A stretch of DNA of 64,000 bases from NCBI GenBank assembly GCA_943357985.1, contig CALRGR010000001.1, forward strand, positions 14,731 through 78,730. The letters run 5' to 3'. Under the pieces are notes generated by a model that saw only the letters and a program-made list of their open reading frames with translations, was not told the DNA's origin and searched no databases. Each line of letters opens with the position of its first letter. Within the stretch, counting starts at the first letter, position 1. The position numbers were made by a program, and so were the translations under genes. The stretch comes from Candidatus Levybacteria bacterium GW2011_GWA1_37_16. GTDB lineage: Bacteria > Patescibacteriota > Microgenomatia > Levybacterales > UBA12049. Below, piece by piece: positions 30,629 to 39,250 of this stretch.

Positions 30629-32722
30629 ATGGCAAGAAGGCATTACAGAAAAAGAAAATTCAAGTTAAAGCTTAAGAATGAAACAATCTATTCAATTTTT
30701 TCTTTTGGACTTATACTTGCCGGAATAATGCTTGGGATTTCTTTTAGCAGAAGTGCTGGATCATTAACCACAGTAAATGATATTTTAAAAAGTTATTTTG
30801 GGACAGCAGCTTATCTTTTTCCACTGGTTTTAATTTTATTTGGGTTTTTATTCTTGCGCCTTAAATTGTTTCTTTCACGCCCACATGTTGTTCTAGGATT
30901 TATAATAGTCTTTGTAGCAGTAGATGGTCTATTGAAGGGTGGAATTTTAGGCAACTATCTTTTTCAAAATCTTTCAGATGTTTTAACAGATATTGGAGCA
31001 TATCTAGTTTTCTTGGTTGGAATTTTTGTTGGGATAATTGTCCTTTTTAATACATCGGTTGATGAATTAGTTGCTTTTGGGGTAGCAGTTGGGGGTGTAG
31101 TGCAAAGGCTTCTTCCGAGAAAGATTCTTTCCTTTTTTAAGACTAAAAATGAGCCTTTTCTTGGCAATAAATCTTTGATGATAAAAGGAGACAAAAATTT
31201 TGCAACCGGTATGTCATCAGCACCTCCAATTGTTAAGAAGCAGCCAAATCTTATCTCAGATAGATTAGTGGTAAATACGTTGGCGGCAGACGGAATATGG
31301 GAATATCCACCTTTAGATCTTCTTTCTGAGGAATCACAGAAAGCAAATAGAGGAGATATTAAAAAGACAGCAGCAACAATTGAAAAGGCACTTGAAAGTT
31401 TTGGAATTGGTGCGCGTGTTGCAGAAGTAAATTTAGGTCCTGCTGTTACTCAATATGCATTAGAAATTGCTCAAGGTACAAAAGTTTCAAAAATTACATC
31501 TTTGGCAAATGATTTGGCTCTTGTTACGGAGGCTCCAACGGGTCAGATTAGGATTGAGGCCCCTATTCCGGGAAGAAATTTAGTGGGAATAGAAATTCCG
31601 AATAGATCACTTGAAATTGTTCCCCTTAAGACAATGCTTGCGTCAGACATTATGAGAAAAAGTAAGTCAAAGCTTACAGTTTCTCTGGGTCTTGATGTTT
31701 CAGGTAGTCCTGTAGTTGCGGATATTGCGAAAATGCCTCATGTTTTGGTTGCGGGAACAACAGGTTCCGGTAAGTCTGTGCTTATTAATTCGTTTATCTC
31801 AACTCTTCTTTTTAGAGCATCGCCCTCTGAAGTAAAACTTATTATGATAGATCCAAAAAGAGTTGAGCTTACCGGATATAACGGAATACCGCATCTTATG
31901 ACACCGGTTATTGTTGAAGTTGAAAAAATACTAGCCTCGCTTAAGTGGGCAATGGATGAAATGGATAGACGCTATAAAACTTTTGCAGAAAGGGGAGTGA
32001 AAAATATTGATTCTTATAATGAACTTGCGGGTTTTCAGGCACTTCCTTATATTGTTATTTTTATCGATGAACTTGCAGACCTTATGTCATTTGCCCCTGT
32101 TGATGTTGAAGACGCAATTGCACGCCTAGCTCAAATGGCAAGAGCAACAGGTATTCATCTTGTTGTTTCAACGCAGAGGCCTTCTGTTGATGTTATAACA
32201 GGGCTTATAAAAGCAAATGTTCCGTGCCGTATTGCTTTTAACGTTTCTTCAATGATTGACTCAAGGGTTATCCTAGATACTCCAGGTGCCGAAAAACTTC
32301 TAGGTCGTGGAGATATGCTTTATGTCCCGCCGGATCAGGCAAAACCTTCAAGAATTCAGGGTGCATTTATATCTGATAAAGAAGTTAAAAGGCTTGTTGA
32401 TTTTCTTAAATCAAAAAATCCGCCTGTTGAGTACACTGAAGAAATTACGTCTATGCCTTTAGTTCTTAAAAAAGGAATGGTGGGTACATCACCCGGTGGG
32501 AATGACCCACTTTTTGATGAAGCAATTCGTGTAGTTTGTCAATATGACAGAGCATCCGCATCACTTCTTCAGCGTAAATTATCAATTGGCTATTCAAGAG
32601 CTGCCAGAATTTTGGACCAGCTTGAATCAGTAGGACTTGTTGGGCATGCTGAAGGTTCAAAACCAAGAGATGTGCTCTCCGGCAATGCTGAAGAATTTAT
32701 AAATAGCCTACATGAGCAATAG
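30629..32722 (+). CDS. ftsK: DNA translocase FtsK/SpoIIIE
   Basis: N-terminal TM segments, Walker A VLVAGTTGSGKSVLINSFISTL, and a C-terminal gamma domain (winged helix: LLQRKLSIGYSRAARILDQLE). Confidence 0.93.
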   Translation: MARRHYRKRKFKLKLKNETIYSIFSFGLILAGIMLGISFSRSAGSLTTVNDILKSYFGTAAYLFPLVLILFGFLFLRLKLFLSRPHVVLGFIIVFVAVDGLLKGGILGNYLFQNLSDVLTDIGAYLVFLVGIFVGIIVLFNTSVDELVAFGVAVGGVVQRLLPRKILSFFKTKNEPFLGNKSLMIKGDKNFATGMSSAPPIVKKQPNLISDRLVVNTLAADGIWEYPPLDLLSEESQKANRGDIKKTAATIEKALESFGIGARVAEVNLGPAVTQYALEIAQGTKVSKITSLANDLALVTEAPTGQIRIEAPIPGRNLVGIEIPNRSLEIVPLKTMLASDIMRKSKSKLTVSLGLDVSGSPVVADIAKMPHVLVAGTTGSGKSVLINSFISTLLFRASPSEVKLIMIDPKRVELTGYNGIPHLMTPVIVEVEKILASLKWAMDEMDRRYKTFAERGVKNIDSYNELAGFQALPYIVIFIDELADLMSFAPVDVEDAIARLAQMARATGIHLVVSTQRPSVDVITGLIKANVPCRIAFNVSSMIDSRVILDTPGAEKLLGRGDMLYVPPDQAKPSRIQGAFISDKEVKRLVDFLKSKNPPVEYTEEITSMPLVLKKGMVGTSPGGNDPLFDEAIRVVCQYDRASASLLQRKLSIGYSRAARILDQLESVGLVGHAEGSKPRDVLSGNAEEFINSLHEQ

Positions 32723-32736
32723 TTTCAACTTATTTT

Positions 32737-33369
32737 ATGTTAAAAGCAGGAGAAAGACTCAAGGAGCAAAGATTGGCAAAGGGAATAACTTTAGAAGAAG
32801 CTTCCCTAGCGACAAAAATCCGTTTCTCATTTTTGTCTCACATTGAAAAAAGTGAATATGGAAAACTTCCTTCAGCTGCTTACGCTACGGGATTTGTTAG
32901 GAATTACGCAGATTATTTAGGATTACCGGAAAAAGAAATACTGGCGCTATTTAGGCGTGAATTTGATGAAAATAAAACATATAAAGTTTTACCACAGGGG
33001 ATGCCCAGGAAAGAAGACTTTCCTCTAAGAAGGCTTAAGCTCAAACAAGCTGTTATTTTAGGAGTTTTATTTTTTGCGGTCTTAGCCTTTTACATCCTGT
33101 TTCAATACCGTTTTGCATTTTTAGGTCCAACTCTAGATGTAGCAAGTCCCAAGGATAAGGCAGTAGTTTCCTCTTCAAATGTTTTAGTATCAGGCAAGAC
33201 GTCTCCTGAGTCTACGATTTTTGTAAATGATAATCCCGTTGCAGTAACAGGCAATGGATCTTTTAAGAAGGAGATAAATGTTTTTCCCGGAGATAATAAA
33301 ATCACTATTCGCTCAATTAACAGATTTGGCCGTGAAACTGTGGTTACAAGAGATGTAAAGGCGGAGTGA
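32737..33369 (+). CDS. rodZ: RodZ-like cytoskeletal protein (XRE-type HTH, one TM, extracellular domain)
   Basis: LKEQRLAKGITLEEASLATKIRFSFLSHIEKSEY...GFVRNYADYLGL is the RodZ HTH domain, followed by a TM helix (VILGVLFFAVLAFYILF). Confidence 0.65.
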   Translation: MLKAGERLKEQRLAKGITLEEASLATKIRFSFLSHIEKSEYGKLPSAAYATGFVRNYADYLGLPEKEILALFRREFDENKTYKVLPQGMPRKEDFPLRRLKLKQAVILGVLFFAVLAFYILFQYRFAFLGPTLDVASPKDKAVVSSSNVLVSGKTSPESTIFVNDNPVAVTGNGSFKKEINVFPGDNKITIRSINRFGRETVVTRDVKAE

Positions 33370-33422
33370 GTATGTTTGATAATGTTGACACTCTCCTCTT
33401 GGGATGTTAATGTATTAATACT

Positions 33423-33689
33423 ATGGATCCTGCCCAGGTAGCACTATTTTTAGTAATAATAGCTTTGACCATCCTCCTTTTGGTTTTAGGTATTCAGGTC
33501 TTTTTTATTCTTAAAGACCTTAGGCAAACAATTGCCAAAACAAACAAAGTTTTAGATGAGGCAGGACTAATTACAGAAAGTGTTTCAGCCCCCTTATCAA
33601 GCATATCCGCTTTAGCAATGGGACTTAAAACAGGAGCATCTCTTGCAGGCTTTTTTAAAGGAAATTCTAATAAAAAACATCATGAATGA
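33423..33689 (+). CDS. Small membrane protein (DUF948/YtxH-like; N-terminal TM followed by a helical region)
   Basis: 88-aa ORF with a TM at residues 6-30. Confidence 0.35.
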   Translation: MDPAQVALFLVIIALTILLLVLGIQVFFILKDLRQTIAKTNKVLDEAGLITESVSAPLSSISALAMGLKTGASLAGFFKGNSNKKHHE

Positions 33690-34032
33690 CAATAGAGGAA
33701 ATGGTTCTTCGGGGTTTATATTGGGTCTTATTATAGGCGGAGCCGCTGTATTTTTATTGGGTACCGATAAGGGAAGGAAGATTTTAAAATCTTTGACCGA
33801 AGAAGGATTTGGGGAATTTTCACAGTTTATAGAAAGAGCCGAAGAAGAGATTGAAGATCAGGATGAGGTTGCAGTTCCTAAAGTTAGAAAAGCAAGAGCC
33901 CGCCTTGACGACGCGAGGCAGGTTATCGAAGAAGAATTTGAAGAGCCTATCAGTAATGGAGTAAAAAGCAACGGCCACACGTATGAGCCTGTTATAAAAA
34001 GAAGATTCTTCCGCCGCACTCCAAAATCCTAA
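33682..34032 (+). CDS. YtxH-like general stress protein (N-terminal TM plus an acidic coiled coil)
   Basis: GFILGLIIGGAAVFLLGTDKGRKILKSL resembles the YtxH N-terminus. The start is taken at ATG 33682; the ORF track starts at 33643. Confidence 0.4.
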   Translation: MNDNRGNGSSGFILGLIIGGAAVFLLGTDKGRKILKSLTEEGFGEFSQFIERAEEEIEDQDEVAVPKVRKARARLDDARQVIEEEFEEPISNGVKSNGHTYEPVIKRRFFRRTPKS

Positions 34033-34992
34033 TTATTTTATATATTTCTTTACGTTTTGGTTATGTTCTTCCAAAGTTTTTGCGTAGTGATTTGCCCCGT
34101 TCTCATCTGATAGGTAGTAAAGGTAGTCTGTTTTTGCAGGATTTAATGTTGCTTCTAGAACTGCGCTTCCCGGATTTGAAATGGGTGATGGCGGAAGTCC
34201 TGCATTTGTATAGGTATTGTATGGTGAGGAAATTTTTAAGTCAGCAAAAGTGAGATTTTTCTTCCACCATGTTTTTTCGCTTGCTTGATATCCTAGGAGA
34301 TATTGAATTGTTGCGTCAATATTAAGAGCCATACCTAAATCAAGCCTGTTTTTAATAACAGATGCAACCATTGGCCTATCGCTTGCAAATCTTGCTTCTC
34401 TTTCAACAAGTGATGCTATTATTACGATTTCATTTGTTGTAAAAATTTTACTTTGTGGTCCATTTAAAGCAGCATATTTATTGTTAAAATTATTTTTCAT
34501 TAGAGTTACAATCTGATCTATAGTTGCTTCTCTTGGAATAAGATATGTATCCGGGAAAAGATATCCCTCATTTGCTGCAAGAGTTGTTCTCCATAAAGAT
34601 TGATAGGTTGGAATACTTTTTTCTAAAATATCCGCAATTTCTGCAGCTCTGTTTCCTTCTGGAACTGTTACCCAAATATCCAGAGTTCCATGAGTCAAAT
34701 TCTGAGCTATATCATATGCACTCATTGAGGGATTTAATCTAAAGTCTCCAGCTTGAACTTTTGTATCAAGCCCTAATTTTCTAGTGAGTAAGAAAAATAC
34801 AATTGGATCGCGAATAAGACCTTTGGTTTTTAAGTCATTTGAAATTTTTCTCATGCCCTCACCCTTATCAATTACAAATATTTGGGCAGTATGGTCTTTG
34901 GAGTTTGCAGGCATAGTTCCATTCTTCCACCATACTATAGAGGCTGCTGTAACAAAAATAAGGAAGACAATTAAAGTTAATATTCTTTTCAT
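34033..34992 (-). CDS. mltG: Endolytic murein transglycosylase MltG (YceG-like)
   Basis: N-terminal TM. The YceG core reads LASLVEREARFASDRPMVASVIKNRLDLGMALNIDATIQY. Confidence 0.85.
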   Translation of the reverse strand: MKRILTLIVFLIFVTAASIVWWKNGTMPANSKDHTAQIFVIDKGEGMRKISNDLKTKGLIRDPIVFFLLTRKLGLDTKVQAGDFRLNPSMSAYDIAQNLTHGTLDIWVTVPEGNRAAEIADILEKSIPTYQSLWRTTLAANEGYLFPDTYLIPREATIDQIVTLMKNNFNNKYAALNGPQSKIFTTNEIVIIASLVEREARFASDRPMVASVIKNRLDLGMALNIDATIQYLLGYQASEKTWWKKNLTFADLKISSPYNTYTNAGLPPSPISNPGSAVLEATLNPAKTDYLYYLSDENGANHYAKTLEEHNQNVKKYIK

Positions 34993-36281
34993 ATTATGCC
35001 TATTATTTTAAAATTTTCTAAGGCCTTTTTTGTTTCGTTCAAATTATACACGGTTTGACTAAATAATGTATATACCGTTTCTCCTTTTTCAAATTTTTCT
35101 CCAATCTTTTTATTTAGGTAAATTCCTGAGGCCTTTTCTATAGGAGCACCTAGTAATTTTGCTATGATAGTTAGGTTTTTGCCATTGATTTGCTTAACTT
35201 CTCCACGTCCACGAGACTTTACTTCAAAAGAAAATTTTCCCGGTTTTAAATCTCCACTTTTTATTCTTGGATTTCCTCCTTGTGCTTTTATAATTTCCTT
35301 AAGTTTTAAAAGAGCACTACCATCTTGTAGGAGTTTTGTAGCCCACTCAAAACCATTTCCATATTCCTCTTTAATTTCATCTTGTAGTTTCTTTGGAGAA
35401 TCCGTAAGGCAAAGATCTAAAAGGTTGCCTGCCAAATTTAGGCTTCTTGTTTCAAGATCTGCCGCTCTGTTAGGTTTTTGTTCCAATACCATTAATGCTT
35501 CGCGGGTTTCAAGTACCGGACCAATTCCTCGTCCAGCAGGTTCATCTGTTCTGTGAATTAGAACCCTAATTTTTATATGAAACCTTTTTGCTAAATATTC
35601 AAACTTATTTTTTAAAATTTTTGCATCGTCAACGTTATGGACTTTTGCCATTTTTCCGTATGGAACATCAATTACAACATGATTTGACCCAAAGGCAATT
35701 TTTTTTGCCATTATAGAAATCAGTACCTTATCATAACTTTCAAAAAGAAGAGGTCTCTCAATGTTGATAAGAATGTCATCTGCGGGGGCCAGATTAAATT
35801 TTCCTCCCCACACAAGGCAACCGTTGGTTTTTTCAACTACTTCATAAATTTTTTCTTTTGTAAGTTCAACAGGAGCAAGTATTTCCATGTCGTCAGCAGT
35901 TCCTGTTGGGGTAGTTATTGCCCTGGATGAACTTTTGGGAATTTTAAATCCTGCGGCTGCGATAATTGGGACAACTATTAAAGTAGTTCTTGTTCCTGCA
36001 ATTCCGCCAATTGAATGTTTGTCTGCAACTATCCCTTTGAATTCTAGTTTGTCTCCTGTATCAACCATCGCCTTTGTAAGAAAGTAGAGTTCCTGATTAC
36101 TAAACCCTTTTGAATATCCGGAGGCGGCAAAGTAGGTAGTTAAGACATCGCCAAGTCTTTTATTCACTATCTCATCCATTATGGAGTAGACATCTTTATA
36201 ATTTAGTTTTTTTCCAACTAATTTTTTTCTAATTGCGTCTAGAGCTCTTGCTTGAAGTTGTGCTTCGTCAGATGTTGTCAT
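34989..36281 (-). CDS. deoA: Thymidine/pyrimidine-nucleoside/AMP phosphorylase family enzyme (glycosyl transferase family 3, DeoA-like)
   Basis: DKHSIGGIAG (KHSTGGVGD-type phosphate loop) and TTPTGTADDME, with the overall family layout. Substrate specificity is undecidable from the sequence. Confidence 0.75.
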   Translation of the reverse strand: MTTSDEAQLQARALDAIRKKLVGKKLNYKDVYSIMDEIVNKRLGDVLTTYFAASGYSKGFSNQELYFLTKAMVDTGDKLEFKGIVADKHSIGGIAGTRTTLIVVPIIAAAGFKIPKSSSRAITTPTGTADDMEILAPVELTKEKIYEVVEKTNGCLVWGGKFNLAPADDILINIERPLLFESYDKVLISIMAKKIAFGSNHVVIDVPYGKMAKVHNVDDAKILKNKFEYLAKRFHIKIRVLIHRTDEPAGRGIGPVLETREALMVLEQKPNRAADLETRSLNLAGNLLDLCLTDSPKKLQDEIKEEYGNGFEWATKLLQDGSALLKLKEIIKAQGGNPRIKSGDLKPGKFSFEVKSRGRGEVKQINGKNLTIIAKLLGAPIEKASGIYLNKKIGEKFEKGETVYTLFSQTVYNLNETKKALENFKIIGII

Positions 36282-37009
36282 TATATTTTTTCAAGCCTTG
36301 CTTTTATAACAAGTCTTTTCCATATTGTCCCGGGCGGAGTACAGGTAATTAAGGTTAAATATGAGTTGTCGTAATTTTGGGTAAACACAGATGTATCATT
36401 GGCATCAACGACGTAGATATTATAAATCTTATATGAATAAGTAACACCACCAACATTGGTAAAAATTTGATCTCCCGTTTTAAGATCCAATACATGTGCA
36501 AAAATTGTTTTGTAATCATTCGGATCATAAAGCTGAGGAAGTGTGGAGTGCCCAAATATTACAGCATTTCCTGCATTTGGTGGAGTTGATGTCCCCATGT
36601 AATTAACTAAATGTTTTGAAAGGTCATAGTCGCTTGTTGAAACCTCTGCATTTTTAATATTGAGGGCAGGAATTGAGAGAGTATAGGATAAAGATTTGCC
36701 GGAGTTTGCTTGAACTCTAAAACCGGGAAACCAGTTTTGGGCATTTGTGTAATCGACTCCGGATATTGAACTTTTTGCCTGCGCAATAAGCATTTGAATA
36801 AGTGCCGGATTAAGAACGTTTTTTCTGGGAATTGGAGCTTCAATGTTTTGAGATGTAAGAGCAGGAGCAGAATAAATTTGCCATAAAATAAGAGGAGAGA
36901 ATATGTATAAGCATACTAAAATACCAATTGTAAAAAGTCCGAGACCAACTCCTTTTATAAATTTTTTTAAATTTATTTTGTTTCTCTTTTTATAGTAGAT
37001 TTTACTCAT
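36281..37009 (-). CDS. Sortase-family transpeptidase with an N-terminal membrane anchor
   Basis: Catalytic His (AVIFGHS), the Cys motif YLTLITCTPPG (TLxTC), and a downstream Arg (WKRLVIKARL). N-terminal TM GLFTIGILVCLYIF. The gene overlaps the upstream gene end by 8 nt, so they form an operon. Confidence 0.75.
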   Translation of the reverse strand: MSKIYYKKRNKINLKKFIKGVGLGLFTIGILVCLYIFSPLILWQIYSAPALTSQNIEAPIPRKNVLNPALIQMLIAQAKSSISGVDYTNAQNWFPGFRVQANSGKSLSYTLSIPALNIKNAEVSTSDYDLSKHLVNYMGTSTPPNAGNAVIFGHSTLPQLYDPNDYKTIFAHVLDLKTGDQIFTNVGGVTYSYKIYNIYVVDANDTSVFTQNYDNSYLTLITCTPPGTIWKRLVIKARLEKI

Positions 37010-39245
37010 TGGAATTAATTGAAAACTTTATTTTTCCTGCTGTAGGAAGAGTTTTTGGGAAAAGGGGGATGTTGGGAGAAATGTTAATATTAGCATTTGA
37101 TATCTGAGAAATATTTGTCAAAATATTTTGAGCAGTTGTAATGTTTTTTCCACTAATTTGTTTTGCAAGATTTGCCTCGTCAATCTTTGGAAGAAGAAAG
37201 CCGGAAATCTCTAAAGTTGTCCCTGCTTCACTACCACTTTTTACTTTAATATTTTTTGCATTTGTTGCTATCCTGCTTTCATCAAAAATGAGACTGTCTT
37301 GGATTTGTAAAATTGTTTTGGCAAAAGAAATTAAGTCACTTTTATTGTAAGTAATGCTTTTATAACTAACGTCTGCTTTTAGAGTTACTTTACTTGTCTC
37401 ATCTCCCTCTTTCTTATCAAAGTCTTTTTTGCCTAGAGTCTCACTTACAAATACAGGAAGAATAACTCTATCCCCCGAAGCCTTTTTTGAAACATCATTT
37501 CTTGCTTTTTCTTCTAAATTTTTAATAAGATCGCTTTCAAGTTTTGCAACATCATCTTTTGAAACAACAGTTATGCTTTTTTTAGTTCCACCCGAAAAAG
37601 GATTATCATTTTTTGCAGCGATTGATGAGTCGCTAAAAGAAAATTTGGTGTTGGACGGCAGGTTATAGTTAGTTCCAATATCCGCTGCCGTAACTGTTAC
37701 ATTTGTTGTACCAGGATTAGTGGGTGAAAATTGGTCTTTAGCAGATGCCGATGCAACTGTTATCGATTTGTCGATTATAAATTTAAGATTATTTGAAGAG
37801 GTGATTGTGCTATTTGCTGGAATATTTATCGAAGATAGATTTTGATTAAAAATAGTTACAGTTCCTTTTGCAGCAGTTCCAATATTTTTTTTTCCAGTTG
37901 CATTCGTTGTCGTACTCCCATTTTCGGTTACATCTACAAACTCGGCCGCAATTATGTTTTTACTGGCATCTGTTGAGGAGCTTGTACTAAAAACTACGTC
38001 TTTTTCCTCGCTTACCTTTTTGCCTTCCAAAGAAAGTGTGACTGTTGCATTTCTGCCAAAGAGATAAACAGAAAGAAGAAGTAAGAAGAGTATTAAAAAA
38101 AGAGCTGGAATAGCAATAAATTTATTTCCTTTTGGAATGGAAATAGATGAAATAATGGGAAGTTTTGAAAAGCTGTTTTTTAGTACTTTAAATAATTTTG
38201 GCAATATACTTATTGCTCCTAAAAGTACTTCGTTTGCGTTTGTAGATAAAGGTTTTCTTTCTTCTATGACTTGTTGTTGGTCGGGTATCTCGTCTATTAT
38301 ATTTGAAACAGCCATATTTTCCTCTACTGCTTCAGTTTTTTGTTGGATGTTTTTTGCAACATCTCTATCTTTGACAAATCCAAAAGGTTCTTCCGGTAAG
38401 TCTTCTGAAATTTCTGTTGATGTTTTTTCAACGGATAGAGACTCCTTGGTATTTTTTTCTGTTATTTTAGAAGTAGTCCCCTTAGGTGTTTCACCTAAAA
38501 TTTGAAATCCCATTTCTGATGCAGCGCCAGATAAAACTGCCTTTGCATCAAATCCTTGTTCAAGATTGCTTATTTGAGGAAGATGTAAAAAAGGTAAAGT
38601 TTTGCTCCATGTATGTCCGATAAATTCCTGAGTTAGATCTTTTTCTCCATTAAAAATGATTACGCGGGATGGAAGTACTTCTACGTCTTCAAAATATTTG
38701 AGGAGTGTATCAACTGTTTGGGTAGTACTTCCTTCAAGCTTTGCGCTTTTTACTTCAATAATTTTTCCGGCCCTAATTAAAGAAACTGAAACGTAGTCTT
38801 TGTCAATTTCTGCCAAAACTGCAGAAACAGGCGCGCCTTCTTCTTTTGCCAGGAAGTGTGCTACGGCTTCCGTAGTAATAAGAAAACCGACTGGTACGAG
38901 TCCAAGCTCCTCGCTTATTTTTTTAAGTTTCCCTAAATATTCTTTTTTAATTTTACTGTCTTCAATCCAATTTTCTTTTAATCCAAAAATTGTTTTTTGG
39001 GTTTCAACATTCCCAGGAAGTACACTTTCTGCTTTTGAAATTGTCTTATCCACTACGTTTAGTAGCTGTTCATCTGTTGCTGTTTCTATGGAATCTTGAA
39101 AATTTTCAGAGGCTTGATTTATAATCTTTACTGTTCCGCCTGATTCTTCAAAAATGACGGCGTTTGCCTTATTGTGTCTTAGCACCAGGACTAAAAAATA
39201 TGAAAGATCTTCTTTTTTTGCGAAAATTTGGAGAGATAGTTTCAT
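37002..39245 (-). CDS. Large bitopic membrane protein. It has a cytoplasmic N-terminal domain of about 350 aa (possibly an FtsA/PilM-like actin-fold domain), a single TM, and an Asn/Ser/Thr-rich extracellular domain of about 370 aa ending in LPTAGKIKFSINSNE.
   Basis: TM helix FIAIPALFLILFLLLLSVYLF at about residue 360. The extracellular part is beta-rich and low in charge. The gene is co-operonic with the sortase gene. Confidence 0.45.
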   Translation of the reverse strand: MKLSLQIFAKKEDLSYFLVLVLRHNKANAVIFEESGGTVKIINQASENFQDSIETATDEQLLNVVDKTISKAESVLPGNVETQKTIFGLKENWIEDSKIKKEYLGKLKKISEELGLVPVGFLITTEAVAHFLAKEEGAPVSAVLAEIDKDYVSVSLIRAGKIIEVKSAKLEGSTTQTVDTLLKYFEDVEVLPSRVIIFNGEKDLTQEFIGHTWSKTLPFLHLPQISNLEQGFDAKAVLSGAASEMGFQILGETPKGTTSKITEKNTKESLSVEKTSTEISEDLPEEPFGFVKDRDVAKNIQQKTEAVEENMAVSNIIDEIPDQQQVIEERKPLSTNANEVLLGAISILPKLFKVLKNSFSKLPIISSISIPKGNKFIAIPALFLILFLLLLSVYLFGRNATVTLSLEGKKVSEEKDVVFSTSSSTDASKNIIAAEFVDVTENGSTTTNATGKKNIGTAAKGTVTIFNQNLSSINIPANSTITSSNNLKFIIDKSITVASASAKDQFSPTNPGTTNVTVTAADIGTNYNLPSNTKFSFSDSSIAAKNDNPFSGGTKKSITVVSKDDVAKLESDLIKNLEEKARNDVSKKASGDRVILPVFVSETLGKKDFDKKEGDETSKVTLKADVSYKSITYNKSDLISFAKTILQIQDSLIFDESRIATNAKNIKVKSGSEAGTTLEISGFLLPKIDEANLAKQISGKNITTAQNILTNISQISNANINISPNIPLFPKTLPTAGKIKFSINSNE

Positions 39246-39250
39246 ATAAC

